The translations under genes were made by a program, and so were the position numbers. The notes beneath the pieces are model-generated. The model searched no databases. It worked only from the letters and a program-made list of their open reading frames with translations, and was not told where the DNA came from. A DNA stretch of 32,000 nucleotides, from assembly GCF_000195855.1 (NCBI RefSeq), contig NC_002677.1, positions 630,001 to 662,000 on the forward strand. The letters are read 5' to 3'. Shown here one piece after another: positions 22,601-32,000 of the stretch. Position 1 is the stretch's first letter. Every line of letters begins with the position of its first letter. This DNA comes from Mycobacterium leprae TN (GTDB lineage Bacteria > Actinomycetota > Actinomycetes > Mycobacteriales > Mycobacteriaceae).

Positions 22601-22997
22601 CAAGCGGCTGGCTGATCTTGGATTTCATGTTATAGCCACCGAGGGAACTGCGGAGATGTTGCGTCGCAAAGGAATTCCTTGCGATGAGGTGCGCAAGCAT
22701 TTCGAGCCGCCGAAAGCGGGCCGCCCCGCGTTGTCCGCGGTCGATGCGATTCGGGCCGGTGACGTGGATATGGTGATCAACACGCCCTACGGCAACTCCG
22801 GCCCGCGTATCGACGGTTATGAGATCCGCTCGGCCGCAGTCTCGGTCAATATTCCTTGCGTCACGACGGTGCAGGGTGCTTCCGCCGCGGTGCAGGGCAT
22901 CGAAGCGGGGATCCGAGGTGACATCGGCGTACGGTCGCTGCAAGAACTGCACAGTGCCATTGGTGCGGGGATCGCGGCTGATAATGAGGTCCAATGA
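19632..22997 (+). CDS. carB: carbamoyl-phosphate synthase large subunit
   Basis: [36 protein letters not shown], two ATP-grasp halves, [23 protein letters not shown]-terminal synthase/MGS domain. GTG start at 19632 preferred over the longer ORF start. Confidence 0.98.
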
Positions 22998-23842
22998 CCG
23001 GTTTTGGCGCTCGGCTGGTCGAGGCGACGTCACGCCGCGGGCAGCTGTGTTTGGGTATAGACCCGCATCCTGAGTTGCTGCGCGCATGGGACTTGCCGAC
23101 TACCGCGGACGGGCTGGCTGCGTTCTGCGACATCTGTGTGGAGGCGTTTTCCGGTTTCGCCATAGTCAAACCACAGGTGGCGTTTTTTGAAGCCTACGGC
23201 GCTGCCGGCTTCGCGGTGCTGGAGTATACCATCGCCGCGTTGCGGTCTGTCGGCGTACTGGTGTTGGCTGACGCCAAACGAGGGGATATCGGGTCGACGA
23301 TGGCGGCCTACGCTGCTGCTTGGGCAGGCAATTCGCCGTTGGCCGCCGACGCGGTGACGGCCTCGCCGTATCTTGGGTTCGGCTCGTTGCGGCCGCTACT
23401 AGAAGTAGCCGCGGCACACGACCGGGGCGTGTTCGTGCTAGCATCAACGTCCAACCTTGAGGGTGCCACCGTCCAGCGCGCCACGTTTGACGGTCGCATA
23501 GTAGCTCAACTGATTGTTGACCAGGCGGCTTTCGTCAACAGAGAAATGAACCGGTCCTTCCATCGGTCTGAGCCGGGGTGCTTGGGATATGTTGGAGTAG
23601 TCGTAGGCGCAACGGTTTTCGGGGCGCCGGATGTCAGCGCGCTGGGTGGACCGGTGTTGGTGCCCGGAGTGGGGGCGCAGGGTGGACACCCCGAGGCGCT
23701 CGGCGGCCTGGGTGGGGCGGCGCCAGGTCAGCTGTTGCCTGCGGTGTCACGTGCAGTGTTGCGCGCCGGCCCCGGTGTTTCAGAGCTGCGAGCAGCTGGC
23801 GAACAGATGCGTGATGCAGTCGCCTATCTCGCTGCTGTTTAG
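22994..23842 (+). CDS. pyrF: orotidine-5'-phosphate decarboxylase
   Basis: [85 protein letters not shown] overlap with carB. Confidence 0.98.
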
Positions 23843-24128
23843 TGTTGAGTGCCGCAGCCTGTCATTGCGAGACGATTGCGTCACCGGTAAGGCTGCTCGG
23901 CCAGAATATTGAAATTCATCGGTGGCCTCTATCTGCAGATTTGGCACCGCTAACTCTCCGAGCGGGGTCTCTAAGATTAGCGGTAGTGTGACTACACTCA
24001 CCGTCTTTGGTCCTGCACCACGTTGTGCTTTAACCTGTTGTTAACAACGATATTCATATTCAATTTTTAGTGGCGTGGAATGCCTGTCGAATCCCCCCGT
24101 GCATCTCTAACAGTATGGAGTCTTTGTT

Positions 24129-24437
24129 ATGACGTTGGGAGTCATTCCCGAAGGCCTGGAAGGTGCCAGTGCTGTTATCGAAGCGTTGACCGCCCATCTG
24201 GCTACCGTGCATGCCGAAGCGGCTCCCTTTATCATGGAGGTTATCCCACCTGGGTCTGGCTCGGTGTCGGTGCAGAATCAGGTTGGTTTCAACGTTCACG
24301 GTTGCCAGTATGTGGCGATGACTGCTCACGGGGCGGAGGAGCTTGGCCGCTGGGGCGTCGGAGTGGCCGAATCGGGTGTTAGTTATGCGCTTCGGGATGC
24401 GTTCGCGGTAGCATCGTACCTTGGCGGTGGGCTATGA
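24129..24437 (+). CDS. PE family protein (102 aa, PE-only)
   Basis: [62 protein letters not shown] overlap with a PPE gene. Confidence 0.93.
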   Translation: MTLGVIPEGLEGASAVIEALTAHLATVHAEAAPFIMEVIPPGSGSVSVQNQVGFNVHGCQYVAMTAHGAEELGRWGVGVAESGVSYALRDAFAVASYLGGGL

Positions 24438-26050
24438 CGAACCCATGGATGGCTTTCCCCCCCGAGGTACAGTCGGCGATGCTGAACTTCGGTGCAGGGG
24501 TCGGACCCATGTTGAACTCCGCCTCGTACAACTTATGGCTCAGCGCCGAGTACCGCTGGGTTGCATCAGAGGTCGAGGCATTGCTAAGGGAAGTGCGGTC
24601 CGGGGGGTGGCAGGGGCAAGCCGTCGAGATGTTTGTGGGCTCGTGTATGCCATTTCTGGCATGGCTGATGAAAGCCGCCGCCGACTACATGGACGTGGCC
24701 ACTCAACAAGAGGTCGTGGCCGCGGCTTACGCCGCCGCAGTAGAGGCCATGCCGACACAATTCGAGCTGGCCGCCAACCGAGTCGTGCGTGGGGTGTTGA
24801 TGGCGACCAATTTCTTTGGTGTCAACACTATCCCCATTGCGCTCAACGAGGAAGAGTATGTGCAGATGTGGGTTCGGGCCGCCACTACGATGGCGACCTA
24901 TTCGGCAATCTCTCAGTCGGCATTAGCCGCGACGCCGCAGGCCACTCCCCCGCCGCTGATCCTGAAATCCAATGTGCTAGTCGATGACGTTGAGAAGGAC
25001 TCTCGTCATGACGGTCACAGCCATGGCGGTCACGCCAGCGCGATGGATAGGGTGTTTGCAGACATCCTGCGTAACGTCAGCGGAGGCCGCCTAGTTTGGG
25101 ACCCTCTCAATGGCACCTTGAACGGACTGGACTACGACGACTATGTCTACCCGGGTCAGCCGATCTGGTGGCTTGCTCGAGGCCTTGAGTTTTTTCAGGA
25201 TGGTGAACAGTTTTGGGAACTGTTGTTTATCAATCCGACAGCGGCTTTTCAGTTCCTCCTTTACATCGTTGTGTTGGATTTGCCGACGCACATAGTCCAA
25301 CTTGGTACCTGGCTGGCCGAGTATCCGCAGTTGCTGTTGGTTGCTCTCGGTGGTACCATCGCCAACCTGGGAGCGGTAACCGGCTTGGCGGGGCTATCAT
25401 CTGGCCTGAGTGCCGGTCCGTCTGCTGCGATACCCACCGTTGTACCGGAGTCGGCACCCATCGCGACTGTGCCCGCTATGTTGGCGGGTGCCGGGGTGGC
25501 CCCGGCAGTCGTTGCTCCAGGTGCGTCGCCCTCCTCAGCCGCCCCACCAGCGTCGGCGGCCAGCGCCGCCGCGGCCGCCCCGGCGCCGCCGGGTACTGGT
25601 TTCGGGGGTTTTTCTCCTTACCTCGTCGACGGTCGCGGTCCAGGCGTTGGGTTCGGCTCCGGACGACAGTCGGCTTACGCCAACAAGGTCTCGGAGTCGG
25701 TCTCCGATTCCGCTGTGGCTGAGGCGGCTGCCCAGGCCTCGGCGCGTGAGCAGGCGAGGGCTTGGCGGCGGCGCTCGGCGGCGAAAGAACGTGGCTATCG
25801 TGAAGAGGTCATTACGATGAACACGGGTTTCGACGCGGCAATTCCGTCGCCAGTTGACCAGACAGGTTCCCGGGTGTCCGATTGTGGCGCGGGATCCTTC
25901 GGGTTTGCTGGAACGGTAAGCAAGGAGGCCGTTGTCGAAGTGGCCGGGTTGACTACGCTGGCTGGTGATGATTTCGGTGGCGGCCCAACGATGCCGATGG
26001 TACCGGGTACCTGGGCCCCGGCCAGGGAGTCAAGCGACGAGGGACGGTGA
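24434..26050 (+). CDS. PPE family protein (538 aa)
   Basis: [23 protein letters not shown] (PPE N-terminus), [23 protein letters not shown] (WxG), C-terminal [17 protein letters not shown]. Resembles PPE20/Rv1387 as recalled. Confidence 0.96.
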   Translation: MTNPWMAFPPEVQSAMLNFGAGVGPMLNSASYNLWLSAEYRWVASEVEALLREVRSGGWQGQAVEMFVGSCMPFLAWLMKAAADYMDVATQQEVVAAAYAAAVEAMPTQFELAANRVVRGVLMATNFFGVNTIPIALNEEEYVQMWVRAATTMATYSAISQSALAATPQATPPPLILKSNVLVDDVEKDSRHDGHSHGGHASAMDRVFADILRNVSGGRLVWDPLNGTLNGLDYDDYVYPGQPIWWLARGLEFFQDGEQFWELLFINPTAAFQFLLYIVVLDLPTHIVQLGTWLAEYPQLLLVALGGTIANLGAVTGLAGLSSGLSAGPSAAIPTVVPESAPIATVPAMLAGAGVAPAVVAPGASPSSAAPPASAASAAAAAPAPPGTGFGGFSPYLVDGRGPGVGFGSGRQSAYANKVSESVSDSAVAEAAAQASAREQARAWRRRSAAKERGYREEVITMNTGFDAAIPSPVDQTGSRVSDCGAGSFGFAGTVSKEAVVEVAGLTTLAGDDFGGGPTMPMVPGTWAPARESSDEGR

Positions 26051-26894
26051 TACGACGTCAAGGGGACTGCGAAGCGCAGCGAAGCCCTGAAGCTGAGTTC
26101 GCAAGCAAATTTTTTGACGGGTCGCTTGATGCCTATATTGCTTAACCGGTAACTCCGCAGTTGGGTTTGCTGTCAAGGCGGTTCCGACTGGTGGGCGCAG
26201 ACGTTTTGTTGCTAGATGGGCGACAATGTGTCAGGCTGCCAACGTCCAGTGTGTGGCGGTGGTCTCCAAGGTTAACATTTTAAAACTGGATGTCGCAGAG
26301 GTAAATCTGGCAAGTGCCGCGGGTGCAGTTGTAGCCACCGGTAGCGGTCTGGCGCTCCAATTTGGAGCCTCGGTTTACCAAGCCGGTGCCAGGCAGCTGT
26401 GCACGTGCAAACTGCTGCGCAAGGTTGTTTGTTCAGTGCCGTAAATCGTAAATGCCGAAGCGAAGACATCGAATCGAGTGGCCGTTCCGACAAACCAGGC
26501 GACACGCGCGACACGTCACACTAAACTGCGTGATCCGTCGCACGTGGCACATGGCCGACGGCCACCGCCATCCACAGGTAGACACTGTGCCGTCGGGCTT
26601 GGGACTGGCTCACAAGCTAAAATAACTGGTAGAAGGAATGACCGGGGGCAGGGGAGGAACATGTCTGCTCCAACACGCCGACGTATTCGGTTGCTTTCAA
26701 CGATGCTTGGCGGACAGCTAGGCGGTGTCAGGAGAACGAACTGAGCTGGGCTTATGTTGGATAAACGTTAGTGAAAGTAGGGGGTCGGGTTAGATTTCGT
26801 CAGGAGGCGTGGGTACGGTCGTCTCCGCCGGCTGGAGTACCCCCGGCTGAGACAAATAACGATCGATTGCCATGGATTGAGAGACGGAGGAATC

Positions 26895-27212
26895 GTGGCC
26901 CTTCCCCAGTTGACCGACGAGCAGCGCGCGGCCGCGTTGGAGAAGGCTGCTGCCGCACGTCGAGCACGAGCAGAGCTTAAGGATCGGCTCAAGCGCGGCG
27001 GCACCAACCTCACACAGGTGCTAAAGGATGCGGAAAGTGATGAAGTCTTGGGTAAGATGAAGGTGTCTGCGCTACTGGAGGCATTGCCGAAGGTGGGCAA
27101 GGTCAAAGCGCAGGAAATCATGACCGAGCTGGACATCGCACCGACCCGCCGGCTGCGCGGCCTCGGCGAGCGTCAGCGCAAAGCGCTACTGGAAAAGTTC
27201 GGCTCCGCTTAG
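26895..27212 (+). CDS. mihF: mycobacterial integration host factor
   Basis: [112 protein letters not shown] at 26886-26890. Confidence 0.97.
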   Translation: MALPQLTDEQRAAALEKAAAARRARAELKDRLKRGGTNLTQVLKDAESDEVLGKMKVSALLEALPKVGKVKAQEIMTELDIAPTRRLRGLGERQRKALLEKFGSA

Positions 27213-27265
27213 CTAGCCCAGCCGACGATGCAGGCTGCTTGATCTATGGAGGCACCGGCGCAGGA

Positions 27266-27898
27266 GTGCCAGTGAGCGCGCGCGGGGCACCGGATGCTGA
27301 GCACTGGGCATGGAGTGAGCAAACGGATAAAGGACGTGTGGTTGTGCTGTCCGGTCCCTCGGCGGTCGGCAAGTCAACGGTGGTCAGGTGTCTGCGCGAA
27401 CGGGTGTCGAACCTGCATTTCAGTGTGTCGGCCACGACGCGAGAGCCTAGGCCAGATGAGATGGACGGTGTCGATTATCACTTCGTCAGCCCCGCCCGAT
27501 TCCAACAGCTGATCGACCAGGGTGCATTGCTGGAATGGGCTGAAATCCACGGCGGGATGCACCGTTCGGGCACCCTGGCCGAGCCGGTGCGGGTCGCCGC
27601 TGCGGCCGGTTTTCCGGTGCTTATCGAGGTTGACCTGGCCGGAGCCAGGGCGGTCAAGAAGGCGATGCCTGAGGCCATCGCCGTGTTTTTAGCGCCGCCC
27701 AGCTGGGAGGATTTGGAAGCCAGGCTGGTTGGCCGGGGCACCGAAACACCCGAGGCCATTCGGCGCCGGCTCGAGACCGCGCGCATCGAATTGGCGGCAC
27801 AAGATGACTTCGATGAAGTTGTGGTCAACCGTCGATTGGAGTCTGCGTGTGCCGAATTGGTATCCTTGCTGGTGGGAGCCGTGTCGGGCTCGGCATGA
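27266..27898 (+). CDS. gmk: guanylate kinase
   Basis: [63 protein letters not shown]. Start uncertain (27239, 27266 or 27272). Confidence 0.96.
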
Positions 27899-27937
27899 GC
27901 CATCCAGCCAACCGGACCCGAGCACCGAATTCCTTAA

Positions 27938-28312
<375 letters not shown>

Positions 28313-28329
28313 ACAGGGCAGGGCCGGAG

Positions 28330-29592
28330 GTGATGGACTGCAAGCGGGTCGTTGTCGGCGTCTCCGGGGGTATCGCCGCGTATAAGGCGTGTACCGTGGT
28401 TCGTCAGCTCATTGACGCCGGTCACGAGGTGCGGGTCATCCCAACTGAGTCGGCGTTGCGCTTCGTCGGAACTGCCACCTTCGAGGCACTCTCCGGCCAA
28501 CCGGTGTACACCGACGTGTTCGACGATATTCCGGCAGTGTCGCATGTGTACCTCGGCAAGCAGGCCGACTTGGTGGTAGTGGCGCCGGCCACCGCCGACC
28601 TATTGGCCCGCGCAGTGCACGGCCGAGCCGACGATCTGTTAACCGCGACCCTGCTCACCGCACGGTGTCCGATCATGTTCGCGCCGGCGATGCACACCGA
28701 GATGTGGTTGCATCCGGCTACCGTCGACAACGTGGCCACGTTGCGTCGCCGCGGCGCGATTGTTCTGGAACCCGCGTCCGGGCGCCTCACCGGTACCGAT
28801 AGCGGAGCGGGACGCCTGCCCGAGGCGGAAGAGATCACAACCCTTGCCCAGTTACTGCTGGAGCGGCACGACGCTTTACCCTATGACCTAACGGGCAGAA
28901 AACTTCTGGTGACCTCCGGTGGTACCCGCGAGTCGATCGATCCGGTGCGCTTCATTGGGAACCGCAGCTCCGGTAAGCAGGGCTATGCTGTCGCGCGGGT
29001 CGCTGTTCAGCGCGGCGCCGAAGTCACGTTGATCGCTGGGCACACCGCGGGGCTGACCAACCCTGCTGGGGTCGATGTGGTGCATGTTGGCTCGGCGCAG
29101 CAACTCGGAGACGCCGTTTCCAAGCACGCTCCCGACTTTGACGTGTTGGTGATGGCAGCGGCCGTGGCTGATTTCCGGCCCGCCCAAGTTGCTACCGCCA
29201 AGATCAAAAAAGGCCCCGATGACCAGGACGAGCCGCTGATCGAGTTGGTGTACAACGAAGACGTGTTGGCTGCCGCGGTGCGGGCCCGTACGCATGGGCA
29301 GTTGCCCAACATGCGGGCCATTGTGGGATTCGCCGCAGAAACCGGGGATGCCAGCGGCGATGTGTTGTTTCATGCTCGCGCTAAGCTGCGGCGCAAGGGC
29401 TGTGACCTTTTAGTCGTGAATGCTGTGGGTGACGGCAGGGCCTTTGAGGTGGACAACAACGACGGCTGGCTGCTGGCGTCCGACGGTACCGAGTTGGCGC
29501 TACAGCACGGCTCCAAGATGCTCATGGCCAGTCGTATCGTTGATGGGATTGTCACGTTTCTGCATGGCCTTCCCGATCTGCGAGGCGGGTGA
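28330..29592 (+). CDS. coaBC: bifunctional phosphopantothenoylcysteine decarboxylase / phosphopantothenate-cysteine ligase
   Basis: VVVGVSGGIAAYKACTVVRQL, FAPAMHTEMWLHPAT, LLVTSGGTRESIDPVRFIGNRSSGKQGYAVA, VMAAAVADFRP. Called dfp in mycobacterial annotation. Confidence 0.97.
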   Translation: MMDCKRVVVGVSGGIAAYKACTVVRQLIDAGHEVRVIPTESALRFVGTATFEALSGQPVYTDVFDDIPAVSHVYLGKQADLVVVAPATADLLARAVHGRADDLLTATLLTARCPIMFAPAMHTEMWLHPATVDNVATLRRRGAIVLEPASGRLTGTDSGAGRLPEAEEITTLAQLLLERHDALPYDLTGRKLLVTSGGTRESIDPVRFIGNRSSGKQGYAVARVAVQRGAEVTLIAGHTAGLTNPAGVDVVHVGSAQQLGDAVSKHAPDFDVLVMAAAVADFRPAQVATAKIKKGPDDQDEPLIELVYNEDVLAAAVRARTHGQLPNMRAIVGFAAETGDASGDVLFHARAKLRRKGCDLLVVNAVGDGRAFEVDNNDGWLLASDGTELALQHGSKMLMASRIVDGIVTFLHGLPDLRGG

Positions 29593-29720
29593 CTGACTGG
29601 CTCGTGTTCTGTAAGGCTCCTGTGCAAGTGTTGGGTGATCCCTTTTCGAGTGGATGTACTGAGTCTGATGCCAGCGAATATAAATTCGTTTAGCTAATTA
29701 TGGAAAGGAAATAGTCAATA

Positions 29721-30932
29721 GTGAGTGAGAAGGGTCGGCTGTTCACTAGCGAGTCGGTGACTGAGGGACATCCCGACAAGATCTGTGATGCGATCAGCGA
29801 CTCGATCCTTGACGCACTTTTGGCGGAGGATCCTTGCTCACGTGTCGCGGTCGAGACGTTGGTCACCACCGGGCAGGTGCATGTGGTGGGTGAAGTGACG
29901 ACGTTGGCCAAGACGGCGTTCGCTGATATCAGTAATACGGTCCGCGAACGTATTCTCGATATCGGCTACGACTCGTCGGACAAGGGCTTCGATGGGGCGT
30001 CGTGCGGAGTTAACATTGGCATCGGCGCTCAGTCGTCTGACATTGCTCAAGGCGTCAATACCGCCCATGAAGTACGCGTCGAGGGCGCGGCGGATCCGCT
30101 GGACGCCCAGGGTGCTGGTGACCAAGGCCTGATGTTCGGTTACGCGATCAATGACACCCCGGAACTGATGCCGCTACCGATTGCACTGGCCCACCGACTG
30201 GCGCGAAGGCTGACCGAGGTACGCAAGAACGGCGTGCTGCCCTACCTGCGTTCCGACGGCAAGACCCAGGTCACTATCGCCTACGAGGACAATGTCCCAG
30301 TGCGTTTGGACACTGTGGTCATCTCCACTCAGCACGCCGCTGGTGTCGACCTGGATGCCACGCTGGCTCCTGATATCCGGGAGAAGGTGCTCAACACCGT
30401 TATTGACGATCTGTCTCATGACACCTTGGATGTATCGTCGGTGCGGGTGCTGGTAAACCCGACCGGCAAGTTCGTGCTAGGTGGGCCGATGGGCGATGCC
30501 GGGCTCACCGGTCGCAAGATCATCGTCGACACCTACGGTGGCTGGGCGCGTCACGGCGGCGGCGCCTTCTCTGGCAAGGATCCGTCCAAGGTGGACCGGT
30601 CGGCAGCCTACGCGATGCGCTGGGTGGCCAAGAACATCGTCGCTGCCGGGCTGGCGGAGCGAATCGAGGTGCAGGTGGCATACGCCATCGGCAAAGCCGC
30701 CCCGGTCGGTTTGTTCGTCGAGACCTTTGGCACTGAGGCGGTCGATCCGGCCAAAATCGAGAAAGCCATCGGCGAGGTGTTCGATCTGCGTCCCGGCGCG
30801 ATCATCCGCGACCTGCATCTGCTGCGCCCAATTTACGCGCAAACCGCTGCCTATGGGCACTTCGGTCGCACTGACGTCGAACTGCCATGGGAGCAGCTCA
30901 ACAAAGTCGACGATCTCAAGCGCGCCATCTAG
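29721..30932 (+). CDS. metK: S-adenosylmethionine synthetase
   Basis: [83 protein letters not shown] start. Confidence 0.99.
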   Translation: MSEKGRLFTSESVTEGHPDKICDAISDSILDALLAEDPCSRVAVETLVTTGQVHVVGEVTTLAKTAFADISNTVRERILDIGYDSSDKGFDGASCGVNIGIGAQSSDIAQGVNTAHEVRVEGAADPLDAQGAGDQGLMFGYAINDTPELMPLPIALAHRLARRLTEVRKNGVLPYLRSDGKTQVTIAYEDNVPVRLDTVVISTQHAAGVDLDATLAPDIREKVLNTVIDDLSHDTLDVSSVRVLVNPTGKFVLGGPMGDAGLTGRKIIVDTYGGWARHGGGAFSGKDPSKVDRSAAYAMRWVAKNIVAAGLAERIEVQVAYAIGKAAPVGLFVETFGTEAVDPAKIEKAIGEVFDLRPGAIIRDLHLLRPIYAQTAAYGHFGRTDVELPWEQLNKVDDLKRAI

Positions 30933-30969
30933 GGGCGCCGCATCGTTCACATGGCGGGTGGCATGGGGT

Positions 30970-31530
30970 GGTCGTGGTCAAGCGCGGGCAGGCCGTCGAT
31001 GCTGAGTCGGTTGACTTCGGCGAGGTGAGCTAACTTCTCATGGGTGGTCTTTGCTGTACGCCGCGACGAGCGTTGGCCGCTCATCGACAGCTCGTATTAA
31101 GCTACTGCGTAGAGCATCCGCATGCATAGGCGATTATCTCGACGTCAATGACGATGGTTCCCTGCAGACCTTGCTGCGGGGAACCGAAATGCGTTTGCAG
31201 ATTGTCCAATTCAAAGTTGTCTCGCCACACGACCCGGCCTGTGCCTAATAGTAACAAGATTAGCGAGCTGCGGGGTAACGAGCAGAGCATAATGGTGATA
31301 CAGCCATTGTCACTTAAGTGGGTGATGGTTTCAGCTCCGCTAACGAACAGATCGAAAATAGTTGACGGTATGGTGGTCTAGCACCACGCTTGTATCCTTG
31401 TATCAGGGTATCTCTTGGGCGAGAGGTTGATTCGGTTTCCTTGGGGCGGTGTAGTTGTTAGGAAAGGCATGGCCTGTTTGCCGATGAATTCTCGCAGCGG
31501 CGGGTTAAGGTGCGAAAACTTCTTCACCAC
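30970..31530 (-). pseudogene. relic of a pyridoxamine-5'-phosphate-oxidase-like (flavin/F420-split-barrel) protein
   Basis: SD-like GGAAGGAG upstream of VVKKFSHLNPPLREFIGKQAMPFLTTTPPQGNRINLSPKRY. Then, in other frames, DHHTV / FDLFVSGAETITHLSDNGCITIMLC / LLLGTGRVV...QGTIVIDVEIIAYACGC / NRLSIDGLPALD. Motif order matches the family, with several frame changes and stops. Confidence 0.7.
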
Positions 31531-31599
31531 CGAGAATCTCCTTCCAACACATCATGGGCTAACCAGAGAAGCCAGCCTACTGTGACGAGGAATGCAGCG

Positions 31600-31980
31600 C
31601 CTTCAGGACCCGGCTCATCGCCTCGGCGTCGGGCGCAACCAGGGAGCGAGGCTGATGTAGCCGTGCAACATGGTCGCTCGTGGCGCCACTTTGTTGGCAC
31701 TCCGGCCGAGTTGAGGGGTAGGCGTACTGAGCTCCGTCGTATCGCATTGAGGTCATGTTCGGTGACGTCGATGAAGGCAGGAAGTAGACCGAATAATATA
31801 GGTCGGCGGCATTGGCTGGGGCTGGGTGGCAGGAAGTGTTGTGTAGTCGCGGATGTCGAGGGCAGGAACGTACCAGGTCAGAAATGCATTCAATTACGTT
31901 GCGGGCCAGAATCCTTGCATCGGCATTCTGGGTGAAAGACGGGTAGCGATAGGTCAGCCGTGGTTGGCGGGTACCGCAAC
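31600..31980 (-). pseudogene. possible relic of a TetR-type regulator
   Basis: Minus-strand fragments YRYPSFTQNADARILARNVIE, LHGYISLA and PDAEAMSRVLKALHSS weakly resemble TetR pieces. No HTH was recognised. Confidence 0.2.
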
Positions 31981-32000
31981 AATTGGAAAACTACGTTCGA

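Noticed and set aside
22584-23087. 167-aa minus-strand ORF over the carB/pyrF junction
   Set aside because: Antisense to conserved coding sequence with no family signature.
26226-26444. 72-aa ORF between the PPE gene and mihF
   Set aside because: It contains a hydrophobic stretch (ASAAGAVVATGSGLALQFGASVYQ), but no clear start/RBS or family match. Could be a relic or chance.
30477-31005. Long overlapping ORFs within metK (30477..30950 - and 30481..31005 +)
   Set aside because: Both are shadow frames of the metK coding sequence.

Overview
This 32 kb window reads as a chromosomal segment from a reductively evolving Mycobacterium of the leprosy-bacillus group. M. leprae or M. lepromatosis is an inference from recalled gene order, protein resemblance, and intact genes interleaved with multiply frameshifted ones. 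The left block has shikimate and translation genes: aroB (3' end), aroD/aroQ, a convergent membrane protein, pepQ, efp, nusB, and a large PLP-dependent Orn/Lys/Arg decarboxylase (adi-like). A decay zone of about 7.5-15 kb follows. In it I can recognise relics of a PF04185-type phosphoesterase, a class-C beta-lactamase-like serine hydrolase, a SAM methyltransferase and a 13E12/DUF222-HNH repeat-family gene, all on the minus strand. The right block is the pyrimidine operon (pyrR relic, pyrB, pyrC, a decayed membrane gene, carA, carB, pyrF). It is followed by a PE/PPE pair, mihF, gmk, rpoZ, coaBC (dfp) and metK, then a minus-strand relic of a pyridoxamine-5'-phosphate-oxidase-like gene. I found no CRISPR array, prophage, intact mobile element or convincing novel defence/biosynthetic system. 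The most interesting signals are: (i) pyrR has lost much of its PRPP-binding motif while the operon and a candidate PyrR-binding leader motif persist; (ii) a perfect 14-bp inverted repeat lies inside the hydrolase relic; (iii) the decay zone may coincide with a rearrangement junction; (iv) there are short direct repeats in intergenic DNA. Homolog comparisons are from memory, with no database search.
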